DNA of 64,000 nt from Candidatus Anstonellales archaeon (GTDB lineage Archaea; Micrarchaeota; Micrarchaeia; Anstonellales; J096): positions 64,001-128,000 of the forward strand of contig JAWACY010000001.1 of assembly GCA_038896535.1 (NCBI GenBank), in the 5' to 3' direction. Under the pieces are notes generated by a model that searched no databases, was not told where the DNA came from, and saw only the letters and a program-made list of their open reading frames with translations. Position numbers and translations under genes: made by a program. This document shows, piece after piece, positions 29,396-39,418 of the stretch. Within the stretch, counting starts at the first letter, position 1. Every line of letters starts with the position of its first letter.

Positions 29396-30029
29396 TTTTT
29401 TCCTGCGTTTTTTTATTTTCTTTATTTTGTTTAAGCTTTATAATAAATAAAAGTTGAATAAATGCTATGATTGAAAGAAATGCAAAAAACCATGTTATGT
29501 AGGGCCAATAAAAATCAAATATTAAGGATATGGCAATTAATAATATAGCAAAAACTCTTATTTTTCTTGGCATTATGCTCTCTATTTTTGCAGCTTCTTT
29601 TACTGATAGGACATTTCTGTGGCTGGCGTATGCTTTTGCAAAACTATGTAAAAAAGTGCCAAAAGAAAGAAATATGACAAGTATGTTTGTTGCATATGGA
29701 AATTTCAACATTAGAGTAAATATAAACATGAACTCAACAATCCTGTCTGCTATTCCATCTATAAATGCACCCCAGGAAGTAGTGATGTTCTTTGCTCTGG
29801 CAACATATCCATCAACAGCATCTAGAAGGAATGATATGCATATCAAAAAAATTGATATTAAATATTGGGAGTAATAAAAAAATAAAGAACCAAAAAAAGC
29901 AAATATTAAAGATGAATAAGTCAAATGGTCTGGATGAAAAGACATGAATGGCTTAGATAATAAGCTTCTTATGTTTTCTATTTTATCAGCATCGATTTTT
30001 TCTTCTTTGCCATTTTTCTTATTTCTCAT
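29388..30029 (-). CDS. CDP-alcohol phosphatidyltransferase
   Basis: D..DG.VAR.....T.WGA..D...DR signature. Confidence 0.9.
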   Translation of the reverse strand: MRNKKNGKEEKIDADKIENIRSLLSKPFMSFHPDHLTYSSLIFAFFGSLFFYYSQYLISIFLICISFLLDAVDGYVARAKNITTSWGAFIDGIADRIVEFMFIFTLMLKFPYATNILVIFLSFGTFLHSFAKAYASHRNVLSVKEAAKIESIMPRKIRVFAILLIAISLIFDFYWPYITWFFAFLSIIAFIQLLFIIKLKQNKENKKTQEKIN

Positions 30030-30044
30030 ATGACCACTATAATA

Positions 30045-31316
30045 TCAGCCAAACTTAAACCCAGGAAACATCTTTTGTATTTTTTTTATCATTCCCTTAT
30101 CAGAGGCCAATTTTTTAACAATCTTTTCTGTTTTAAAGTATTCATTCAACAAATTTATTACTTCTTGTTCAGATAGGCCTGAGCCTTTGGCTATTCTTCT
30201 TATTCTCGACTCGCTTTTTTTAACAATTTCTGGATTCCTTCTTTCTTCTTTGGTCATAGAATTTATCATTGCTTCATATTTACTTATCTTCTGTTCACCC
30301 TGTAATAAGGCTTGTTTTGGAATGTCATAAAGGCCTACCATAGATGCAATGTCTTGCAAAGGATTGGATTTAAATGCCTTAAGTTGATTATAAAAAGTTT
30401 CAAGATTAAATTCTCCCTCCTTTATCTCCTCTTCTTTTAATGCCTCAAACTTTTTTATAAGTGCATCTATATCAGGCATGCCGAGTATTTTTGCAATAAT
30501 GCTCTTTGAGCTGTATTGCTGTAATGCATCCATTTTTTCTCCTGTGCCAATAAATGCTATTGGCACTTTCAATCTTGCTAGTGCTGATAAAGCGCCACCT
30601 GCTTTACCTGATCCATCGAACTTTGTTATTATTGCTGCGGTTATTGGCATTGCTCTATTGAATGCTGCTGCTTGTTCTATAGCAACTTTCCCAATATCAG
30701 CAGATATAACAAGAAATACTGTATCTGGCTTTATTTTTTCATATTCATCTTTAAGAGTTCTTAAAAGTTCTTCATCTAAAGCATTTTTGCCGGCAGTATC
30801 TATTATCAATATGTCTTCTTTTCTTGATTTAATCAATTGGTCTAATTTATCAATGCTGTAGAAGTTTGCTGAAACCTGCTTAGCTATTTGTTCAAGCTGC
30901 TCTTGTGCTGCCTGCCTCTCTTTATCTGTGCTCAACATGGCAATAGATAATCCTTTCTTTTTGAAGAACATTGCAATCTTGCCTGCTGTTGTTGTTTTTC
31001 CAGAGCCATAAAGCCCTATCAAAGCAATAACCTGCCTTTTTATCTCTACATTATAAGATATGCCAAACATTGATTCAAGCTCTTCATATAATGCTTTTAT
31101 TGCTTTTTGTTTTAATGTGAATCCATCTGATTTATCGCTTAAAATTCTTTGCTTTAACTTGTTTGTTATCTCAAATGTAAGTTTTATATCAACATCAGAT
31201 GAAATAAGAGCTTTCTGCAATTCTTTCAGCATTTCATTTATGTCATTTTCATTTATAGCAATTTTTGACATAAAATCCTTGAATGCCTGCCTAAATCTTG
31301 AAAAAACATCATTCAT
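30045..31316 (-). CDS. srp54: Signal recognition particle protein SRP54
   Basis: AL..SDV, GLYGSGKTTT, DTAG, TKFDG, GTGE, M-domain SMT.EER and RRIAKGSG. Confidence 0.93.
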   Translation of the reverse strand: MNDVFSRFRQAFKDFMSKIAINENDINEMLKELQKALISSDVDIKLTFEITNKLKQRILSDKSDGFTLKQKAIKALYEELESMFGISYNVEIKRQVIALIGLYGSGKTTTAGKIAMFFKKKGLSIAMLSTDKERQAAQEQLEQIAKQVSANFYSIDKLDQLIKSRKEDILIIDTAGKNALDEELLRTLKDEYEKIKPDTVFLVISADIGKVAIEQAAAFNRAMPITAAIITKFDGSGKAGGALSALARLKVPIAFIGTGEKMDALQQYSSKSIIAKILGMPDIDALIKKFEALKEEEIKEGEFNLETFYNQLKAFKSNPLQDIASMVGLYDIPKQALLQGEQKISKYEAMINSMTKEERRNPEIVKKSESRIRRIAKGSGLSEQEVINLLNEYFKTEKIVKKLASDKGMIKKIQKMFPGFKFG

Positions 31317-32394
31317 TTATATCATCACTCTCTTTCAAATATATTTCTGCAATCTGTTCTGCATTATAATCATATAACATCTTCAATTTTTGCTCTGGTT
31401 TTTCCACTTTTCCTTCCAGTATTTTTATCAACGCATTATCATCATCCATCTTTAATTTTGCTTCTTGGTACTGCTCTTTCCATAAAGAAACTGCCTCTTT
31501 TAAATCTGCTTTCTTTATGTCCATATCTAAAAAAAGGTCTTTGAAAGACATAATATTGAAGAAATCTACTATTGCATTTTTTGTACTGCCTTTTAATATT
31601 AATTTTATTATTGCCCCTTCATTTTTTTGCTTTTCTTCTTTATATATCTCTTTTATTGTATTAATAATCTCTTCCTTTGTTGCATCATTGAAATGCACTT
31701 GTTTTATTACGATTGGCCTTTGCTCAATTTCTATAAATTTTGGTATACAATTATTTGTATCAATTACAGTAACGCCTCTTGGCTTTGCTTCATCTTCATT
31801 TATTGATGTAGCAAGTAAAGATCCGGGCAATATAACTGGCCAGTCATATATTCTTTTATGGATATGGCCATTAACAATAAGAAAAAAACCTAAAGATTTA
31901 AGATATTTAAGCTCTATTCCATCTCCTGGGCTATAGTCTTTTATATTCTGATGTATCATAAGCACTTTTTTCTCTCTCATCTCTGGGAGCCTTTGCTTTA
32001 TGATGTTATCAAGCTCGGCCTGAGCATCAGCTTCATTTACATGGCTCATTGCAAGAAAAGAAAAATCATCTATATGCAAAACCTTATTGTGCAGATATTC
32101 GAAACATCCAATATCAGATAATAGTTTTACTGCGTTTATCTCGTCTTTTGCTCTTTTTTCATGATTTCCGCATATTGCAATTACTTTCTGTTTTTTTATC
32201 TTATTAAATATCAAAAATGTCCTATGCAAAGTTTGCAATGTTATGTCTTTCGTATCAAACATATCGCCTGTATGCAATATAACATCGCAGTTTTCCTTTT
32301 CTAAAATATTTAATGCCCTTTCTAAATGTAAAAATGATTCTTCATAAAATCTCTTATTTCCTAGATGTGTGTCTCCTATAATTCCTATTTTCAT
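31309..32394 (-). CDS. mre11: Mre11-like metallophosphoesterase/DNA repair nuclease
   Basis: DTHLG, GD.FD, GNHE, HQ, GHIH, PGS motifs; ATG at 32394. Confidence 0.82.
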   Translation of the reverse strand: MKIGIIGDTHLGNKRFYEESFLHLERALNILEKENCDVILHTGDMFDTKDITLQTLHRTFLIFNKIKKQKVIAICGNHEKRAKDEINAVKLLSDIGCFEYLHNKVLHIDDFSFLAMSHVNEADAQAELDNIIKQRLPEMREKKVLMIHQNIKDYSPGDGIELKYLKSLGFFLIVNGHIHKRIYDWPVILPGSLLATSINEDEAKPRGVTVIDTNNCIPKFIEIEQRPIVIKQVHFNDATKEEIINTIKEIYKEEKQKNEGAIIKLILKGSTKNAIVDFFNIMSFKDLFLDMDIKKADLKEAVSLWKEQYQEAKLKMDDDNALIKILEGKVEKPEQKLKMLYDYNAEQIAEIYLKESDDINE

Positions 32395-32941
32395 GCTTAC
32401 CAATCCTCAAATGTTTATGCCAATCTATAAATAAAAGGCCTATTGTTATTAAAAAGGCAAGCAAATCTAGATATTGCACTACATGAATATTATTCTCTTC
32501 CAGCATTGATGTGATTTTACCAAGCGTTATTACGCCAAAACCATAACTTATTAACCTGCCAAGCACAAAGCCAGTTATTATTGGTAATATTGGTAATGAT
32601 GAGACTCCTGCTAAAATAAAAATGATGTTGCTCGGCAAAGGCCCCAAAGAATAAATAAACATAAATAATAGCATGGCCTTTTTATTTTTCATGAGCTTCA
32701 TCCTTAAATGATGGAGTTGCTGCTTTTTATGCTCTGGTAGAAATTTCATAAAATAAGAGCTGTAATAATACATTATAAGCCTGCCAAGTGCTGCTGCTAT
32801 AACCCCTATCAAAATCACTTGCCAAACATCGAGATTGTCTTTAATTTGATATCTTGACAATATAAGCCATGTTGGCGGGGCAAACGCTGGGAGGATGTTT
32901 GCAATTAATACAACCAAAAATAATTCAATGTATATATCCAT
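32354..32941 (-). CDS. DedA/VTT-family membrane protein
   Basis: P.F.PP re-entrant segment, A.LG...Y, PLPS.....AG, GR. Confidence 0.7.
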   Translation of the reverse strand: MDIYIELFLVVLIANILPAFAPPTWLILSRYQIKDNLDVWQVILIGVIAAALGRLIMYYYSSYFMKFLPEHKKQQLHHLRMKLMKNKKAMLLFMFIYSLGPLPSNIIFILAGVSSLPILPIITGFVLGRLISYGFGVITLGKITSMLEENNIHVVQYLDLLAFLITIGLLFIDWHKHLRIGKHENRNYRRHTSRK

Positions 32942-32945
32942 AGCA

Positions 32946-33122
32946 TTACTTTCTTCTCTTTGGCTTTAATGGTATTTTGCCTTCATAATACTCTTTTGAT
33001 GCAATGTCTAATGCTTCCTCTGATGGTGCAACATTGAGATTTGGCTGTGCATTTAATGCAAGCTGGAATGCCCTGGCCCCTATTATTCTTGCCTTCTCAT
33101 ATTTATTATGTGATTTTTCCAT
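32946..33122 (-). CDS. rpoK: RNA polymerase subunit Rpo6 (K/omega; 58 aa; absent from the ORF track)
   Basis: Manual translation MEKSHNKYEKARIIGARAFQLALNAQP...IASKEYYEGKIPLKPKRRK*. Confidence 0.93.
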   Translation of the reverse strand: MEKSHNKYEKARIIGARAFQLALNAQPNLNVAPSEEALDIASKEYYEGKIPLKPKRRK

Positions 33123-33175
33123 CTTTTATATTTGTAGGCATTGTTTTAAAAATATTTATCACTAATAAATAAAGC

Positions 33176-33559
33176 ATGAGAAAGCAATATCATGAAGTGA
33201 TAAAAGGAAAAGTTTCTAGAGGAACTGGTGCAAAAAAGGTTAAAGCAAAAGATAAAAAGCTTGCTCATGCTGGCGGTTATTTCATCCCTACAAGGATAGG
33301 AGAAAGAGAAATAAAAATCATAAGAACAAGAGGGGGAAATAGGAAAATAAAGGTAAAGAAAGATTCATATGCAAATGTTGCAACAGAAAATGGCATAAAA
33401 AGGGCAAAGATCATAAAACTTTTGCAGGGAAACAATCCAGATTATACAAGAGAGGGGGTAATAACAAAAGGAAGCATAATAGAAACTGAAATAGGAAAGG
33501 CAATTGTCACAAGCAGGCCAAATCAGCATGGAGTAATAAATGCAAAACTGATAAAGTAA
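33176..33559 (+). CDS. rps8e: 30S ribosomal protein S8e
   Basis: RTRGGN.K, ITKG.IIE..IG.A.VTSRP.QHG.INA. Confidence 0.95.
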   Translation: MRKQYHEVIKGKVSRGTGAKKVKAKDKKLAHAGGYFIPTRIGEREIKIIRTRGGNRKIKVKKDSYANVATENGIKRAKIIKLLQGNNPDYTREGVITKGSIIETEIGKAIVTSRPNQHGVINAKLIK

Positions 33560-33628
33560 TTAGTTTTCTTGGGGTTTTGGAATTCATTATATTTATGGGC
33601 GCGGGCATAAATGCAAAACTGATAAAGT
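33536..33628. repeat. 22-bp direct repeat duplicating the 3' end of rps8e
   Basis: ATAAATGCAAAACTGATAAAGT at 33536-33557 and 33607-33628. Confidence 0.9.
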
Positions 33629-33792
33629 GATATTTAAATAAATACATATTTTTATTAATTTTCTATTTTTTATTTTTCTATTAATTTATGAATTTATGCT
33701 GGCAACCTTGTTAACATAATGATTATGAAAGGTTAACAAATGTTTTTTGCATAAACGATAAAAATTTAAAATTCTTTTTTCCTTAATTTAAT

Positions 33793-34962
33793 ATGGGGGG
33801 CATTCAAAATTACTTGTCATGGGAAGAAAAAATCAGTAAAGGCAGGGCATCTAATAGATTAAAAAGGCTTGTTGGAGAATTATTCAATAATAATAGAGAA
33901 AGAAGGTATTTTTCAATCTTCAAACAACAACCAGAATTGATTGGCAGGACAAGAGCAGGAGATCCTCTTAAATGCATTACTTCTTTTGATGGGGCAAAAA
34001 TAGCATATTCAGAAACAAGACCAGAAAAAAGCACAAACACTTGCTCTGTGCCAATAGTAATATTAAGCGGTTATCTTTGCTTTCCTAACATTTGGCGCTA
34101 TTTTGTTGATGAATTAAAACGGCATTTCAGAATAATAAGGATAAGAACAAGGGGCCATTTCGAATCTGAGCTTGGGGGAAGTAATGCATACACATATATA
34201 AAAGATGCTGCTGCAGACTTAGAAGTTATAAGATTAAGTGAAAATATAGATAAAATGATCCTTATTGGCCACTCCATGGGCGGTTTAATATCATTGAATT
34301 ACATAAGCCAATATGGGCATAATAATCTGAGTGGGCTTGTTCTTGTTTCTTCTCCTTTTGGTGATCCTTTTAAAACTACATATTTTGGCAACCTAGAAAA
34401 ATTAGGTTCAATTTTTGACTATTTATCATATTTATTGCAATTATCAAACATTGATATATTAAAAAGAATGCTAGGAAAAAGTGCTATAGTAAAAAGAATT
34501 TCATATTCTTTAATAACTGGCACTTTGTTAAAAAACAGCTTGAATGGCATTGATGATAAAGAACTTGAATACTTAATAAAGCTTGGCTCAACAATAAGAG
34601 AGGAGACGATTGCCATTGCATTGAGAGCTATGAGAAAACTTGATTTAAAAAAATGCGTTGAAGAGATAAGCATTCCATGTCTTATTATTGCTGGCATAAA
34701 TGATTTAATAGTGAATTGGAAAAATGCAGTTAGAGTTTTTGAGATAATAAAATCAAACAATGGGAATGCAAACCTATGCTTCCTGCCTTGCGGGCATATG
34801 CCAATGATGGAATTTCCAAATGCTTTTAATTATAGCGTTATTAATTTCATGTGCTCCAATATTAGGGAAGTGGGGGAAAATGAAGAAATAAGAAAAATAT
34901 TAAATACAAAAAGCAAAGATTGGAATTTACTGATGCCAATGCTTGAAGACATAAATAAATAA
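33793..34962 (+). CDS. Alpha/beta hydrolase
   Basis: RGHFES, GHSMGG nucleophile elbow, G..D, GH..M.E.P. Confidence 0.88.
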   Translation: MGGIQNYLSWEEKISKGRASNRLKRLVGELFNNNRERRYFSIFKQQPELIGRTRAGDPLKCITSFDGAKIAYSETRPEKSTNTCSVPIVILSGYLCFPNIWRYFVDELKRHFRIIRIRTRGHFESELGGSNAYTYIKDAAADLEVIRLSENIDKMILIGHSMGGLISLNYISQYGHNNLSGLVLVSSPFGDPFKTTYFGNLEKLGSIFDYLSYLLQLSNIDILKRMLGKSAIVKRISYSLITGTLLKNSLNGIDDKELEYLIKLGSTIREETIAIALRAMRKLDLKKCVEEISIPCLIIAGINDLIVNWKNAVRVFEIIKSNNGNANLCFLPCGHMPMMEFPNAFNYSVINFMCSNIREVGENEEIRKILNTKSKDWNLLMPMLEDINK

Positions 34963-34992
34963 GTTCTTAAATTTTGTGCTTTAAAGCCATCT

Positions 34993-36789
34993 ATGGCGAT
35001 GAATAAAAAGGCTAAAGTAAATGCTTTGCTTATCATATTTACTACTTTATTTATGCTTTCATTGTCTTTTTCAAAATTTTATTCCAACCCATATGCAAAT
35101 TTAGTTTATACTCTGAACAAAGATGGAAGCATAACAGTGCATGAGGAGATTGTTTATGATATATCCTGCCCTACATCTGACTGCTATCATGAATTATATA
35201 CATGGCACCCATCAGATATAAGCATTTCTTCAGCATCAGGAAAATGTTTGGAAACAACCTGCTCATTTTTCACCTCATTTAATGGGCAGAGATATGAGAT
35301 GATACTAAGAAAAGAAGGTGGATTTACAACTGGGAGGTATAGTGCTGTATTTGATTACACAATAAAAAGCGAAATATTAGAGCAAAAAGATGTTGCGCAA
35401 TTCTTTTACAAAGTTTGGTATGATCAATGGGAAAAAGACGTTGATGATTTAAAGATAACAATAAATATTCCTGGCTATGTTAATGATACTATCTATTTTA
35501 TACACCCAAATAAATCCACTATTTCCACAAATGCATATGATAATAAAATAATAATAAGCTCATATAAGCATCCTGCTAATCAATACCTTGAAATAAATCT
35601 ATTGATGCCAAAAGAATGGTTCAGCAATTTAAGAAAGGCAGATAACTATATGACAAAAGATGATATAATTAGAGGAGAGACCCTTTCTAATTTGTCAGAT
35701 GCACTGATATTTTTTATGAATGTTATTGTATTAATCCTTCCATTTCTGTCTTTTATTATTATATACTTTTTATATGGCAGAGACGAAGATTTTCCTGAAT
35801 TAAAAATGCTACCAGAATACATAAGAGATATATCTGAAATAGATGAAAAACTATCTCCTTCAGAAGCTGCTTTATTGTTAAAAGGTTTTGGCAATATCAT
35901 TGAAAATAATGAATTATCAAATATCATAACTGCAGAGATAATGGAACTTTACAGGCTAGGTTACTTAGATATTTATACAAAGAAAAATAAAAATTTTTTT
36001 GGCATGGAATATGAAGATGTTTATTTAATTCCAAACAAAGATAAGGACGCATCAAAATTAACAAAGATACAGCAAGCAATTTTAAACTTTATCATTGCCA
36101 ATTCAGAAGACGGGAAATTCAATACTAAAAAGTTTATGACAACTGTTATTTCTACTTGGCCGATAAGCTTAGATTTAACACAACCATATAAATATCCAGT
36201 ATTTGTTTTTGAAGGAGTAAGAGGGGAACTGCTCAGATTAAACAATAATTACATGGATAAAACTGGCTTAAAAATTATGAGGGTCATGTTTTTTGTTACT
36301 GTTTTTTTCTTGCCTTTCATCTTCATTCTCTTAATGAGCTTACTGAATTTAGGCTCTCTCGCGCCTATTTTACACAGCATTATTATCAGCTTCATTGCTT
36401 GGCTCATTATTTATTTATTAGCAGAATCTAAGCCAACAATTATGAGTAAGTGGACAAAAGATGGCAGGATAAAACACGAAAAAATGAAGAGGTATAAAGC
36501 ATTTCTTGAAGATTTTACATTATTAAAGGAGAAGATGCCGAAAGATGTTTTATTATGGGAAAAGGCACTTGTTTATGCAACTGCTTTTGGCATATCAGAG
36601 AAGGTAATAAAAACATTAAATGTTGTAATGCCAGAATATACAAAACAAACAAGATATGTTGCATTTAGACATGCTAAGAATTTATCAACTTCTATTAAAG
36701 AAGGAATTTCTTATATGCAAAGAACCAAGCCAGGCGGTGGTTTTGGTGCTGGAAGGGGAAGAGGAGGAGGTGGGGGAGGAGCAAGATAA
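34993..36789 (+). CDS. DUF2207 family membrane protein
   Basis: Signal peptide, DGS..V.E, LWE..LVYATAFG, Gly-rich C-terminus. Confidence 0.85.
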   Translation: MAMNKKAKVNALLIIFTTLFMLSLSFSKFYSNPYANLVYTLNKDGSITVHEEIVYDISCPTSDCYHELYTWHPSDISISSASGKCLETTCSFFTSFNGQRYEMILRKEGGFTTGRYSAVFDYTIKSEILEQKDVAQFFYKVWYDQWEKDVDDLKITINIPGYVNDTIYFIHPNKSTISTNAYDNKIIISSYKHPANQYLEINLLMPKEWFSNLRKADNYMTKDDIIRGETLSNLSDALIFFMNVIVLILPFLSFIIIYFLYGRDEDFPELKMLPEYIRDISEIDEKLSPSEAALLLKGFGNIIENNELSNIITAEIMELYRLGYLDIYTKKNKNFFGMEYEDVYLIPNKDKDASKLTKIQQAILNFIIANSEDGKFNTKKFMTTVISTWPISLDLTQPYKYPVFVFEGVRGELLRLNNNYMDKTGLKIMRVMFFVTVFFLPFIFILLMSLLNLGSLAPILHSIIISFIAWLIIYLLAESKPTIMSKWTKDGRIKHEKMKRYKAFLEDFTLLKEKMPKDVLLWEKALVYATAFGISEKVIKTLNVVMPEYTKQTRYVAFRHAKNLSTSIKEGISYMQRTKPGGGFGAGRGRGGGGGGAR

Positions 36790-36849
36790 AAAATTAAAAA
36801 TAAAAAAATTAAAAATAAATAAAAGATTTAAATGATTATCTAAAAATAT

Positions 36850-37398
36850 CTAAAAACTAACCTTTGGTGGTTGTTTTTCTTGCTCTGTTGCCTGGAAATA
36901 TATGCGTTCTTTAAAACCAAACAATGATGCAGCTATATTTGTTGGAAATACTTTTACTTCTCTATTATAGGTTAATGTTGCATTGTTAAAGTCTTCTCTT
37001 GCGACGCTTATTTTATTTTCTGTATCAGTTAATTGCTGTTGTAGTTGCATAAAATTTTCACTTGCCCTTAACTGAGGATAATTTTCTGCCACGGCAAAAA
37101 TTGATTTTAATGCTTGAGTCAACATATCATTTGCTTCTAACCTTTGCTGTGGTGTACCCTCAAGTATTTTTGACCTCAATTTTGTTATCTCTGTGAGAGT
37201 TGTCTTTTCATGCTTCATATAACCTTTCACTGTTTCTACCAAGTTTGGTATCAGATCTGCCCTTCTTTTAAGCTGAACATCAATCTGGGCCCATGCGTTG
37301 TTCACTGCCTCATTTAACCTTACCAGATTGTTATATGTTATTATCAACCATAAAACCAAGACTGCCAAGACAACAATCAAAATAATCTCCAATACCAT
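36850..37398 (-). CDS. lemA: LemA family protein
   Basis: YN.LV, IDVQLKRR.DLIPNLV, AVAENYP.L.A, FP.N..A. Confidence 0.95.
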   Translation of the reverse strand: MVLEIILIVVLAVLVLWLIITYNNLVRLNEAVNNAWAQIDVQLKRRADLIPNLVETVKGYMKHEKTTLTEITKLRSKILEGTPQQRLEANDMLTQALKSIFAVAENYPQLRASENFMQLQQQLTDTENKISVAREDFNNATLTYNREVKVFPTNIAASLFGFKERIYFQATEQEKQPPKVSF

Positions 37399-37489
37399 AA
37401 AATAATAATTACCTATTATTTTTAAATATTTATTGTTTTTCTTTAATCATTTTGCTAATATTTTTAAACATGTGTTGGGCATAAAAATT

Positions 37490-38236
37490 ATGCCTTTTGC
37501 CATAAGAAAAAGTCATATTTCTACATCAGAACAATTAAAAATTTTAAAAGAGATTCTTGGCAATAAAGCATATATTTTAATTTTTGATATGGATGGTACA
37601 TTGACAGAAAAAACAGAGCCAAAATGTATAAAACTTATATTAAAGGCTATAAAGGGTTTGTATGGAATGGATATATATAAAAAAGCAAGAAAAGTAATGT
37701 CTGAAAATGAAGAGAAGCTGCTTGGAAAACCTGATTTTGAAATGATAAAAAGTATGTCCATTTACTTAAAAAATGTAAAAAATAGTGTAAAAATAGATTA
37801 CAAAGAAGTATCAAAGTTATATAGGGCATTACTCAAAGCAAATTTACATAAGATATATAATGAAAGGGCATTAATGCCTTATGCTTCTGCATTCATAAAA
37901 AAGGCCAAGAATGATTTTTGCATAGTATCCTCAGCATTGGCAATGCAGATTGAAAAAATAAATAAAGTGCTGTTAAGGAAAACTGGTAAAAAAGCAAGAT
38001 TCATAGTATCTTATGAAATGACAAAAAGGCACAAACCTTTTCCAGATCCATATTTAAAAGCAAAAGAAAAATTAAAAAGACTTGGATATAAAGCAGGTGT
38101 TGTTTTTGAGGATTCAAATAATGGAGTAAAAGCAGCAAAAAAAGCTGGTTTTAAAGTAATAAAAATAGGCAAGAAAAAAGGGAAATATAATTTAACATGG
38201 AAGCAGATACTTTCTTATAACTTTCTTGATTCATAA
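37490..38236 (+). CDS. HAD-superfamily phosphatase (beta-PGM/CbbY-like)
   Basis: FDMDGTL, SS, KP.PDPY, FEDS.NG..AA..AG; start uncertain. Confidence 0.87.
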   Translation: MPFAIRKSHISTSEQLKILKEILGNKAYILIFDMDGTLTEKTEPKCIKLILKAIKGLYGMDIYKKARKVMSENEEKLLGKPDFEMIKSMSIYLKNVKNSVKIDYKEVSKLYRALLKANLHKIYNERALMPYASAFIKKAKNDFCIVSSALAMQIEKINKVLLRKTGKKARFIVSYEMTKRHKPFPDPYLKAKEKLKRLGYKAGVVFEDSNNGVKAAKKAGFKVIKIGKKKGKYNLTWKQILSYNFLDS

Positions 38237-39418
38237 TTTCATTGCAACAACAGGGCTTATCTTGCTGGCTTGGTAAGCTGGTAAAATGCCTCCAATCATG
38301 CCAACAAAAAAACCCAATAAGAAAGCAATGAAAACTTGGTTAATAGAAAGGGAAAAATCGAGCAATTGAAAGAAAGATAATAAAAACCCTATTATTGTGC
38401 CTAACAAAAGGCCAATAAAACTCCCAACCAAAGCTGTTAATAAGGATTCTGCAATAAAGATTTTCATTATATCATTCCTAGTTGCTCCAATTGACCTTAA
38501 TATGCCTATCTCCCTCCTTCTTCTTGTTATTACTGTAAACATCGTATTTGCTATACCAAAAGCGCTAACAAGGCTTGCTATAGCACTTACTGCTAATGCT
38601 GCAATATTTATGGAATTTAATAAATTGCCTATAGTTGATTTCAAATAATCTTGCGTTATTACGGAAAACTGCTCATCATCGGTTATGCCCTTCCTATATT
38701 TTAAGTTATTTTTTATCTGTTCTGCTGCTGAATTTATATCGTAATTATCTAAAATGTCAACATATATTAAAAATATTTTATTTTTTTCCATTTGTATTTT
38801 CTCAGAATCATCGTAATTTACAAAAATTGAGAGGTCATTATTGGCCTCATAGCCTGATGCTTTCATAATGCCAACAACCCTATACTGCTTTCCAGATATG
38901 TATATTGAACTACCAATATTAATTTCATTTGTAAAAAGTGATTGCACTTTTCCACCGATAACAGCTGAGCCAGTTTCATGCTCTTTGAATGCCCTGCCCT
39001 GTTCTATTTTGAACGTTGATTGGAAAAGATCAAATATATTTGGTGTTGCTGCTATAACGTTAATTTTAACTTCTTCATTTTTGTATTTAACATCAAGTCT
39101 TTTTGCATTGCCATAACCAATAGATTCAACAAATGGCAAACCATTTATAGCATTTATATCATTTATATCAAAAGATTGGAAACCAGCAATAGAACTAGCT
39201 GAAAAAATTTGCTGCTGAGATATAGGCAATATCAATATCTTATCAGAGCCAAAATTAGATATCACTGCTTGGCTTTGATTTAATAACATGTTTGTGGCCC
39301 CAAAGGTTAATATTACAGTCATTACACCTATTATTATGCCAATAAGTGTCAACACACTTCTTATAGGTTGATTTATCAATGAATCAAAAATAAAATAACG
39401 TATTACTATGGGCTTCAT
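38231..39418 (-). CDS. ABC transporter permease (MacB/FtsX type)
   Basis: RS.LT.IGI.IG, GIANTM, R.REIG..R.IGA, PA..AS.I.PV.A. Confidence 0.9.
   Translation of the reverse strand: MKPIVIRYFIFDSLINQPIRSVLTLIGIIIGVMTVILTFGATNMLLNQSQAVISNFGSDKILILPISQQQIFSASSIAGFQSFDINDINAINGLPFVESIGYGNAKRLDVKYKNEEVKINVIAATPNIFDLFQSTFKIEQGRAFKEHETGSAVIGGKVQSLFTNEINIGSSIYISGKQYRVVGIMKASGYEANNDLSIFVNYDDSEKIQMEKNKIFLIYVDILDNYDINSAAEQIKNNLKYRKGITDDEQFSVITQDYLKSTIGNLLNSINIAALAVSAIASLVSAFGIANTMFTVITRRRREIGILRSIGATRNDIMKIFIAESLLTALVGSFIGLLLGTIIGFLLSFFQLLDFSLSINQVFIAFLLGFFVGMIGGILPAYQASKISPVVAMKL

Noticed and set aside
36786..36820. Short AAAAAATTAAAAATAA tandem between DUF2207 and lemA
   Set aside because: Low-complexity A/T tract between convergent genes, most simply a T-rich terminator region; not distinctive.
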